A DNA stretch of 64,000 nucleotides from Eubacteriales bacterium (GTDB lineage: Bacteria > Bacillota > Clostridia > Oscillospirales > CAG-272). The notes beneath the pieces were generated by a model. The model was not told the DNA's origin. It ran no database searches and was given only the letters and a program-made list of their open reading frames with translations. This document shows positions 56,439 through 64,000 of the stretch, one piece after another (within the stretch, counting starts at the first letter, position 1; every line of letters begins with the position of its first letter). A program made the position numbers and the translations under genes. The stretch lies in assembly GCA_045633005.1 (NCBI GenBank), contig JAZQXT010000075.1, positions 20,441-84,440 on the forward strand, read 5' to 3'.

Positions 56439-59400
56439 ATGAATAAGATGAATAGAATTATTGCATTGATTCTGACTGTCGTAATGCTTATCGGAACTCT
56501 TATGCTTGAAGTCGGAGCGGCTACCGCTGTCGATATCATCTATGAAGAGGATGAGAACGGCAAGGCTACCGATATTATCGATTACGAGAAAACGGTTGCT
56601 CAGTACCTCACGCTTGAGTTCGAAACACCTCAGCAGAAGCTTGCTACCATGACTAAGATGGTAGAGAGAGACGGATATCAGCTTTGGGTCGATGATTTTA
56701 CGGGCGAAGTTGCTACCGTAAACGTTGAAACGGGCGAGATCCTTTTCTCCAACCCCTACGACGTAGCTACCACCGGTACTACGGCGACGAGAGCTGAGAT
56801 CATGTCTCAGATCATCGTTACCTATATGGATAACGATGCTAAGAAGAAGATGAACAGCTTCGTTGATGCCGCACAGCGCGGACAGATCACCGTAAAGCAT
56901 ATCAAGAACGGTGTCAGAGTTGAGTACAGCATCGGTCGTGAGGACGCGAGAATGCTCGTTCCCAGACTTATCGAGAAGGAAAGATTCGAGACCAAGATAC
57001 TTGATCCCTTTGCGGCTGAGATAAATGCAGTTTCCGAAGAGCAGGGACTTCCCGTCAAGGAGTGGAGAGATTACCACTACGATCTTACCCTCCGCGATAA
57101 GATAAGACAGGAATCTAAGAACCAGCTCTGGCATAACTTCAATATGCTCAGAAACTTCTACACTTACCATGAAATGGGCTCTACGGGCGGTGACCAGCAC
57201 GTTTCCAAGGTAATAAACTCCATGGGCGTTTACTACTTTGAGACCAACACCAACCTCACCCAGCTCAGCAAGGTAGAGAACCTTATTAAGACCTACGTTC
57301 CTTCCTACACCTACGAGGATCTTGAGGCTGACCATACCAAGACTCAGTACGTAAGCGCAGACCTCATTCCTCCCGTATTCAAGATGGCTCTTGAGTATAC
57401 TCTTGACAAGTGGGGCGTCAGCGTTTGCATGCCTGCAAACGGACTTCGCTTCAACGAGTCCATCTACCAGCTTGAGAACATCAGCGTTCTTCCTTATATG
57501 GGAGCTGGCGCAAACTACGTAGGCGATGATAAGACTGACGTTATCACAGGCTACAACTTCTTCCCCGATGGCTCAGGAACGCTCTTCCGTCACGAGGACC
57601 TTGCAGGTAGCGTTGCTACCGCCGTTTCGGGTAAGGTATACGGTCAGGATTACGCATACAACACCATTATCGGTTCACATCAGGAAATTATCAGATACCC
57701 CGTATTCGGTATAGTTTCCAACGATGCCTACTATAACAGAACCTACGAGGAGCAGCTCGTTGAAAAGCCCGTTCTTGATGAAGAGGGCAACGAGAAGAAG
57801 GATGAAAACGGAAACGTTATCACCGAGCAGGTTAAGGAAATGGTAGAGGTCGGCTCCGAAAGAGTTGATCAGGACCGCGGCTTCGTTGCTATCATTGAAG
57901 AGGGTGACGCACTTGCCGAGCTTTCCACGTATCACGCAGGATCGCTTTCCAAGTACAACGCCGTAAATATGCTCTTCAGCCCCAGACCTAAGGATACCTA
58001 CAACCTTGCAAACGCTATCTCCGTTGGTGCAAATGCATCTTGGACCGTAGTTTCCTCCCGTAAGTACACGGGCAACTACACCATCCGTTACATTATGCTT
58101 ACCGACGATGCTACCGCAAAGTCAAAGGGAATAACCGACTACTATGAAACCAGCTGGATGGGTATGGCAGAGGCTTACCGCGATTATCTCTACGAAGCAG
58201 GTAATCTCGACGCCCTTGATGCAAACGAGATCAAGGAAGATATCCCCGTATACATCCAGACGTTCGGTGCTCTCGAGACTATCGAGAAGTACCTTTCCAT
58301 CCCCGTAAACGTAATGACTCCTCTCACCTCGTTTGAGGATATCAAGACCATGCATAGCGAGCTCGCCGCTGAGGGCGTATCGAACGTTAAGTTCAAGCTT
58401 ACGGGTTATGCAAACGGCGGTATGTATTCAAGCATGCCCTCCGATCTTGATTGGGAGAGTGCAGTAGGTGGCAAGGACGGATACGAAGAGCTTCTGGCTT
58501 ATGCAAATGCAAACGGCTTTGAGCTGTTCCCCGACTTCAACTTCGCTTACGTAAGATCGATGGAGGACTCCATCTTTGATAGCTTCGTGTTCAGCAAGCA
58601 CCTCGTTAAGTCCATTAACGATACGTATATGTCCAAGAGATATTACAGCGCAACGAGACAGACCTACATCGGTCGTTTTGAGCTTGCCGTATCTCCCGCA
58701 TATTACGCAAACTTCTATGAAGAGCTTGCCGCAAATCTTCTTGAATCCTATGCAGACGGAATGCCCACCGCGATCTCGGTAGGCACTCTCGGAACGGAGC
58801 TTAACTCCGACTTTGACGAGGATGAGCCTTACAACCGTGAGGACTCCAAGTCTCAGACCGTCTCTATCTTTGAGAAGATCGACAAGGACTTCAATTCCGT
58901 AATGACCGACGGAGCAAACGTTTATACTTGGAAGTACATCGACCATATCGTAAACGTATCTCTCGACTCCAGCCGTTACATCAAGTCAAGCGCAGCCGTA
59001 CCCTTTATCGGTGTTGTTCTTCACGGTAGCAGACAGTTCGCAGGAACTCCTCTTAATATGGAAGGAAACATCGGCTATAGCTTCTTGAAGGCTATTGAAA
59101 ACGGTGCAAGCCTTAACTTCACTCTTTGCTATCAGAACTATGATGAGTTCAAGGAGTATATGGACCTTAGCGAATACTATTCCGTACGTTACGACATCCT
59201 TAAGAGCGAGGTAGTTGAGTACTACACGCTTCTCAACAGCCTTACCAAGGATCTTCAGCTTTCCAAGATAGTAGCTCACGAATTCCTTATCGGCGAACGT
59301 GTTCCCGATGAGGATGAGAAGGCTGCTGACGAGGAACAGGCTAAGAAGGAAGAGGCAGAGAAGGAAGCAGCCGAGACGGAAGCCGCTGAAAAGGCATATC

Positions 59401-60185
59401 AGGCTGCTATCAACCACGGTAGAACCGTAGCTCTTGCCGAGATCAGCAAGGCTCTCGCTACCATTACCGAGAGAACTCAGACTACTAAGAACTATTCCGA
59501 AACCCTTCGCGGACTGCTTGATCAGCTCGTAGCACTCGAGTCCGGAACTCCCGCAGATCCCGAGACTCCCGCAGTAGACGCTACTACTCCCGCTGCTGAA
59601 ACGACCGATGAGGAAGCAGCCGCTGCAAAGGAAAAGCTGCTCAAGGATATCGACGGATACCTTTCCTCGATTCAGGCAAACAACGCAATGCTCAACGATG
59701 AGTTTGCAATAGCTAAGAAGGCAAACGCCAACGTAATTCTTGCTTACGAGCACTACGTTACCAAGAATGCCGAGGGCTTCTCTCAGGCGTTCAAGGATGA
59801 CGTTACCGCAAGCTACAACGGTGTAACCTCTGCTTATGCAAATATCGCTACTCAGGTAACCGAAGCTTACGCCGCAGCATCCGCAGTATTTGAGGAGGCT
59901 AAGGCTATCCTTGGTGAGCTTAAGTACGTTCTCGTTGATCCTAATGCCGAGCCTGAAAAGGAAGAGGAGAAGGATGACGACGACGGCTACAACTACACCA
60001 AGTACACCGACGATAACGACAACATCGTTCGCGTCGAGTACGAAAACGGCGTATTCTTCATTCTTAACTTCAACTACTTCGACGTAACCGTTAAATACAA
60101 CGGTCAGGAGTACACCATCGCAAACTACGGTGGAATCAGAGTAAACGCAGACGGCACGACAACTGCTTTTGCCGTAAATAATTAA
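56439..60185 (+). CDS. 1248-aa secreted/anchored protein of unknown function (recalled as DUF5696-type)
   Basis: AGGAGG RBS. N-terminal hydrophobic signal/anchor (IIALILTVVMLIGTLMLEVGAA). Long globular region. Acidic coiled-coil segment (DEDEKAADEEQAKKEEAEKEAAETEAAEKA, ~59307-59400). Asp-rich stretch (EEEKDDDDGYNYTKYTDDNDN). No catalytic motif I can name. Confidence 0.6.
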   Translation: MNKMNRIIALILTVVMLIGTLMLEVGAATAVDIIYEEDENGKATDIIDYEKTVAQYLTLEFETPQQKLATMTKMVERDGYQLWVDDFTGEVATVNVETGEILFSNPYDVATTGTTATRAEIMSQIIVTYMDNDAKKKMNSFVDAAQRGQITVKHIKNGVRVEYSIGREDARMLVPRLIEKERFETKILDPFAAEINAVSEEQGLPVKEWRDYHYDLTLRDKIRQESKNQLWHNFNMLRNFYTYHEMGSTGGDQHVSKVINSMGVYYFETNTNLTQLSKVENLIKTYVPSYTYEDLEADHTKTQYVSADLIPPVFKMALEYTLDKWGVSVCMPANGLRFNESIYQLENISVLPYMGAGANYVGDDKTDVITGYNFFPDGSGTLFRHEDLAGSVATAVSGKVYGQDYAYNTIIGSHQEIIRYPVFGIVSNDAYYNRTYEEQLVEKPVLDEEGNEKKDENGNVITEQVKEMVEVGSERVDQDRGFVAIIEEGDALAELSTYHAGSLSKYNAVNMLFSPRPKDTYNLANAISVGANASWTVVSSRKYTGNYTIRYIMLTDDATAKSKGITDYYETSWMGMAEAYRDYLYEAGNLDALDANEIKEDIPVYIQTFGALETIEKYLSIPVNVMTPLTSFEDIKTMHSELAAEGVSNVKFKLTGYANGGMYSSMPSDLDWESAVGGKDGYEELLAYANANGFELFPDFNFAYVRSMEDSIFDSFVFSKHLVKSINDTYMSKRYYSATRQTYIGRFELAVSPAYYANFYEELAANLLESYADGMPTAISVGTLGTELNSDFDEDEPYNREDSKSQTVSIFEKIDKDFNSVMTDGANVYTWKYIDHIVNVSLDSSRYIKSSAAVPFIGVVLHGSRQFAGTPLNMEGNIGYSFLKAIENGASLNFTLCYQNYDEFKEYMDLSEYYSVRYDILKSEVVEYYTLLNSLTKDLQLSKIVAHEFLIGERVPDEDEKAADEEQAKKEEAEKEAAETEAAEKAYQAAINHGRTVALAEISKALATITERTQTTKNYSETLRGLLDQLVALESGTPADPETPAVDATTPAAETTDEEAAAAKEKLLKDIDGYLSSIQANNAMLNDEFAIAKKANANVILAYEHYVTKNAEGFSQAFKDDVTASYNGVTSAYANIATQVTEAYAAASAVFEEAKAILGELKYVLVDPNAEPEKEEEKDDDDGYNYTKYTDDNDNIVRVEYENGVFFILNFNYFDVTVKYNGQEYTIANYGGIRVNADGTTTAFAVNN

Positions 60186-60199
60186 GGAGGTGCAGAACA

Positions 60200-61174
60200 G
60201 TGACTAACGATTTGGAACTGAAAAACACCGCGAGTGTTCCCCAGAAGAAAACTAAAAAGAAACGCGCTGCATCTCTTGATAAGCGCAAGGCGCGTGCGGG
60301 CTGGTGGTTCGTAATGCCCTTCGTGCTCGGATTCTTTATCGTATACGTTCCGATCATATTTGACTCGCTGGTATACAGCTTCAGTACGGTCGAGTATACC
60401 GATTTCGGTCCTGTAACGCATTTTGTCGGATTTGAAAATTATAGCTACGCTATCTTCTCAGACCCCGACTTTGCACAGACTCTGGTTACGGGTATGCAAG
60501 AGCTTATCTTTGACGTTCCCGCGATCATTCTGTTCTCTCTGTTTATGGCAGTTCTTCTTAACCAGAAGATGGTCGGACGTGCAGCGTTCCGCGCGATCTT
60601 CTTCGTTCCCGTTATAGTTTCTACGGGATTGTTTGAAACCATAAACGCGTCAAACCTTATGGAAGAAAGTATGGAAAGCGTTGACGGTATCGCAAGCGGC
60701 ACGGGTTCAAGTGCGGCAAGCCAGATCGTCTCGGCGGTCGATATAGCGTTGCTCTTCCAAAGCATGAAGGTCGGAACGGGTCTTGTACTCTATGTTACCG
60801 AGATGATCAATAACATCTACGACATAGTAAACCGTTCGGGCGTACAGATGCTTATCTTCCTTGCGGGTCTGCAGTCTATCTCTCCCGCAATTTACGAGTC
60901 CTGTCAGATAGACGGTGCAACGGGATGGGAGACCTTCTGGAAGATCACCTTCCCGATGATCAGCCCGATGATCCTCGTTAACGCCGTTTACACCGTAATC
61001 GACTCGTTTACAACCAATTCCAACACGGTTATGAGCTTTATCTCAAAAACCTACAACACTCAGAAAGAGCTCAGCGCGGCTATGTCTTGGATATACTTCT
61101 CGCTGATAATTCTGATCATCGCGGTAGTGGCGGGTATCTGTTCGGCATTCGTCTTCTACCAGCGCAGAGATTAA
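60200..61174 (+). CDS. Carbohydrate ABC transporter permease (MalF type), pair 2
   Basis: GTG start 6 nt after AAGGAGGTG. EAA loop YESCQIDGATGWETFWKITFPMISP. Confidence 0.85.
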   Translation: MTNDLELKNTASVPQKKTKKKRAASLDKRKARAGWWFVMPFVLGFFIVYVPIIFDSLVYSFSTVEYTDFGPVTHFVGFENYSYAIFSDPDFAQTLVTGMQELIFDVPAIILFSLFMAVLLNQKMVGRAAFRAIFFVPVIVSTGLFETINASNLMEESMESVDGIASGTGSSAASQIVSAVDIALLFQSMKVGTGLVLYVTEMINNIYDIVNRSGVQMLIFLAGLQSISPAIYESCQIDGATGWETFWKITFPMISPMILVNAVYTVIDSFTTNSNTVMSFISKTYNTQKELSAAMSWIYFSLIILIIAVVAGICSAFVFYQRRD

Positions 61175-61192
61175 TGAAAGGAGGACAAAATA

Positions 61193-62296
61193 ATGAATGC
61201 ACAGCAAACTGCTCCTGTCATTAAGAAGGAATCTAAAAACAAGATAAAGGTCGAGTTTGAAAGAACTCCTCTTAAGGAACGTCTCAAGGCGAAATTCGTC
61301 AACGCGGCGTTTGTGGGAAGTATCATTTGGTACATCATCCGCCTTGCACTCCTTCTTGGTATCGCGTATATCATTTTGTTCCCCTTCTATACGAAGATCG
61401 CAGGCTCCTTCATGGGTCCTAACGATTTCGTAGACGTTACCGTAATGCTTATCCCGAAGGACTTCTCGCTTGATATGTACAAGTACATACTTCTTGAGAA
61501 CAACTACTTCGAGGCATTCGGAAACACTCTGTTCCTTGCCGCTTCTACGGCACTCGTACAGACTCTTACCTGCTCGCTTATCGCTTACGGTCTTGCAAAG
61601 TTCAAATTCAAGGGCTCGACCTTCGTGTTCGCCGCCGTTGTATTTACGATGGTCGTACCGCATAGCGCACTGCAGATGTCGCTGTTTATGAACTTCCGAT
61701 ATTTTGACATATTCGGAATAGTAAAACTGCTTTCGGGACACGTTATTGAGGGAATTCAGATCTTTGATCCCAATAGCACCAGCCTGTTTATAAAGAATGC
61801 CGCCGCTGACGGTGCGCTGAACCTTATGAACACCAACTGGCCGCTTATGATCCTCTCCTTTACGGGTCTTGCGTTCAAGAACGGTCTGTTCATCTTCCTG
61901 CTTCGCCAGTTCTTCCGCGGAGTGCCTGATGAGCTTGAAGAATCCGCATACATCGACGGATCGGGCGTTTTCCGCACCTTCGTGCGAATCATTCTGCCTC
62001 TGTCCATACCGATGATGATAACGGTATTCTTGTTCTCGTTCTCTTGGCAGTGGACTGACGACTTCTACACGGGTCTGTTCTTCACGAACAACAAGACGGT
62101 GCTTATGTCCAACATTTACAGCACTATCCCGAAGACGCTCAGCCAGCAGTTCAACGGTTATGCAGGATGGAACCTCTATTCCTCCGCTATCCGTAACACC
62201 AGCGGTCTCCTTATTATGATTCCTCTGGTAATCATGTTCCTCTTCTGCCAGAAGTTCCTGGTACAAGGTATCGAACGTTCCGGTATTACCGGTTAA
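61193..62296 (+). CDS. Carbohydrate ABC transporter permease (MalG type, extended N-terminus), pair 2
   Basis: AAAGGAGG RBS. EAA loop EESAYIDGSGVFRTFVRIILPLSIP. At 367 aa it is longer than typical MalG-type permeases. Confidence 0.85.
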   Translation: MNAQQTAPVIKKESKNKIKVEFERTPLKERLKAKFVNAAFVGSIIWYIIRLALLLGIAYIILFPFYTKIAGSFMGPNDFVDVTVMLIPKDFSLDMYKYILLENNYFEAFGNTLFLAASTALVQTLTCSLIAYGLAKFKFKGSTFVFAAVVFTMVVPHSALQMSLFMNFRYFDIFGIVKLLSGHVIEGIQIFDPNSTSLFIKNAAADGALNLMNTNWPLMILSFTGLAFKNGLFIFLLRQFFRGVPDELEESAYIDGSGVFRTFVRIILPLSIPMMITVFLFSFSWQWTDDFYTGLFFTNNKTVLMSNIYSTIPKTLSQQFNGYAGWNLYSSAIRNTSGLLIMIPLVIMFLFCQKFLVQGIERSGITG

Positions 62297-62303
62297 TAAA
62301 CAA

Positions 62304-62327
62304 GGGTCTGCGCAAAAGCGCAGACCC
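62304..62327 (-). terminator. Hairpin GGGTCTGCGC-aaaa-GCGCAGACCC, the second hairpin met by alaS transcription
   Basis: 10-bp perfect stem. On the minus strand it is followed by TTGTTTATT. Confidence 0.55.
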
Positions 62328-62343
62328 TACGTTTATATAAAGT

Positions 62344-62378
62344 AAGGCTCAAATGCTTTCGCATTTGAGCCTTTTTTA
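62344..62378 (+). terminator. Intrinsic terminator ending the 48999-62296 locus
   Basis: AAGGCTCAAATGC-tttc-GCATTTGAGCCTT followed by TTTTT. It abuts the alaS stop codon at 62379. Confidence 0.75.
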
Positions 62379-64000
62379 TTATTTAAGCATACCCGCAAGC
62401 GTTGCTTGGGCAAGTGCGAGAGCCTCGTCTATCTTGGAGGCGTCAGCGCCGCCTGCCATAGCGTTGTCGGGGCGTCCGCCGCCCTTTCCGCCCGTTACGG
62501 CGGCAACTGCGCTTACAAGCTTTCCTGCGTGTGCGCCAGCCTTTGCGGCATCAGCACCGCATACGGCGATGAAGTTGAGCTTTTCACCGTTGACGGCGAT
62601 AACGGCTACGGTGTCGGGGTGGTTTGCCTTTATCTCGTCTGCAAGAGAACGAGCGACCTCTATCGCCATACCGTCAAAGCGAACGGCGGCGAGCTTTACA
62701 GAACCTATTTGCTTTGTGTTAGCGAGAATTGAGTCAAGCTTGGTAGCCGCGAGCTTGGAGTTAAGGCTGTCTATTTCTCTGCGTGCGCTTGCAAGCTCGG
62801 CGGAGAGAGCAGCCGCCTTTGTGCCGATATCAGCGGGATTCTGGCACTTAAGCTCACGCGCAACGTCGGCGATAAGTGCGTCCTTCTCATTCAGAAGATC
62901 AAGCAGACCTGCGCCCGTAACAGCCTCGATGCGACGAACACCTGCGGCAACGGAGGACTCGGAAATGATCTTGAAAAGACCGATCTCGCCCGTGTTGGAG
63001 CAATGCGTACCACCGCAAAGCTCGGTGGAGAACGTTCCCATTTTAACCATACGAACTACCTTGCCGTATTTTTCGCCAAAGAGCGCGATAGCGCCGTTTG
63101 CCTTTGCGGTCTCAACGTCGGTCTCAACCATTTCTATCTTCAGCGCGCTGAGGATGCAGGAGTTTACGAACAGCTCAACTGCGGCAAGCTCCTTCTTGGT
63201 AAGCGGCTGGAAGTGCGAGAAGTCAAAGCGGCAAACGGTATTGCTGACGTAAGAGCCGGCCTGCTCAACGTGGTTGCCGAGAACCTTGCGAAGCGCCGCC
63301 TGAAGCAGATGCGCGGCAGAGTGGTTGCGAGCGATGGAACGGCGGCGGGTGTCGTTTATGTCAGCGACAACGCTCTCGCCAACGCTGAACGTTCCGTTGA
63401 TAACGGTGCAAAGGTGAATGTAAACACCGTCGGATTTCTTCGTGTCGTAAACGTTTATAAGCTTGCCCTCGGCGTAGATAGTGCCCGCGTCGCCTATCTG
63501 TCCGCCGCCCTCGCCATAGAAGGGGGTTCGGTCAAGGATGATAGTGCAATCGCCCTCGTTGACGGAGTCAACGGAGTCGTCGCCGACGAGGATGGCAAGT
63601 ATCTTTGCTTCGGAGCGATAGTCGGTATATCCCGTAAACTCGGTCTTGGCAAGCTCGGAAATGAGGGACTTTGACGTGGAGCTCCAACCGCTGATATTAG
63701 CGCGAGCCTCGCGCGCGCGGTTCTTCTGACGGGTCATAAGAGCGTTGAAGGTGTCCTCGTCAATGGAAAGCTTGCTTTCCTCTGCAATCTCGCGGGTGAG
63801 GTCGATGGGGAAGCCGAAGGTATCGTAAAGCTTAAATACCTCCTCGCCCGAGATGGTGTCGGCGTTGCTGTCAAGTGCGCCGCGGATGAGGTTGGTGAGG
63901 ATGGAAAGACCTGCATCAATAGTAGCGTCAAAGCGCTCCTCCTCGATGGAAAGTACCTTCTTTATATAATCTGCACGCTCGGAAAGCTCGGTGTAAGCGC
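62379..64000 (-). CDS. alaS: Alanine--tRNA ligase, C-terminal ~540 aa (5' end outside window)
   Basis: The frame is continuous upstream of the ORF-track Met at 63737 (...VFKLYDTFGFPIDLTREIAEESKLSIDEDTFNALMTRQKNRAREAR...). Editing-domain HSAAHLL and CGGTHC motifs. C-terminal DHHA1-like GGKGGGRPDNAMAGG. Confidence 0.95.
   Translation of the reverse strand, partial: AYTELSERADYIKKVLSIEEERFDATIDAGLSILTNLIRGALDSNADTISGEEVFKLYDTFGFPIDLTREIAEESKLSIDEDTFNALMTRQKNRAREARANISGWSSTSKSLISELAKTEFTGYTDYRSEAKILAILVGDDSVDSVNEGDCTIILDRTPFYGEGGGQIGDAGTIYAEGKLINVYDTKKSDGVYIHLCTVINGTFSVGESVVADINDTRRRSIARNHSAAHLLQAALRKVLGNHVEQAGSYVSNTVCRFDFSHFQPLTKKELAAVELFVNSCILSALKIEMVETDVETAKANGAIALFGEKYGKVVRMVKMGTFSTELCGGTHCSNTGEIGLFKIISESSVAAGVRRIEAVTGAGLLDLLNEKDALIADVARELKCQNPADIGTKAAALSAELASARREIDSLNSKLAATKLDSILANTKQIGSVKLAAVRFDGMAIEVARSLADEIKANHPDTVAVIAVNGEKLNFIAVCGADAAKAGAHAGKLVSAVAAVTGGKGGGRPDNAMAGGADASKIDEALALAQATLAGMLK

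Noticed and set aside
59290-60020. Possible separate gene or frameshift within the 1248-aa ORF at the low-complexity acidic region.
   Set aside because: The reading frame is continuous with no internal stop or RBS. The acidic and coiled-coil composition explains the unusual sequence.
63734-64000. Apparent break in alaS, because the ORF track starts one ORF at Met 63737 and lists another at 63734-63931.
   Set aside because: Manual translation shows the alaS frame is open and AlaS-like straight through 63737 (...KLYDTFGFPIDLTREIAEESKLSIDEDTFNALMTRQ...). There is no frameshift. The 63734-63931 ORF is in a different frame and is spurious.

Overview
This 64-kb window reads as ordinary chromosome from a spore-forming Clostridia. 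An Oscillospiraceae/Ruminococcaceae-like origin is an inference from gene content and a by-eye GC of about 55%. I support about 52 protein genes and one tRNA-Lys(UUU). I found no rRNA, CRISPR array, transposase, integrase or prophage genes.

Housekeeping genes:
- Translation and RNA: rpoD (5'-truncated), rpmB, mtaB, an RluA-family synthase, rsmI, hpf, rqcH, rpsT, alaS (5'-truncated).
- Metabolism and envelope: upp, lnt-like, asd, ligA, plsY, a ROK glucokinase, a type II pantothenate kinase.
- sigG lies directly upstream of a complete glycogen operon, glgB-glgC-glgD-glgA-glgP plus a GH13 enzyme.

Most transcription units have near-consensus sigma-A promoters (TTGACA-17-TATAAT type) and clear hairpin terminators.

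Most interesting observations:
1. A seven-gene locus (48999-62296) encodes a 1135-aa CBM-like/solute-binding fusion, two separate MalF/MalG permease pairs, an NHL-TPR-Yip1 membrane protein and a 1248-aa exoprotein of unknown function. It has no ATPase, no recognisable hydrolase and no regulator.
2. Two arrays of short hairpins punctuated by an invariant heptamer (GTGAAAT; TCGATAT/ATATCGA) bracket one gene next to the tRNA-Lys.
3. An S11 carboxypeptidase lipoprotein carries eight exact 41-aa Cys/His repeats.
4. A J-domain protein ends in a cysteine string and overlaps a CxxC protein by 11 nt.
5. A roughly 235-nt leader with a UUCG-capped terminator precedes a small membrane protein.
6. A FolC-like protein has a degenerate P-loop.

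All family names (including DUF numbers) come from motif recognition and memory. No searches were run.
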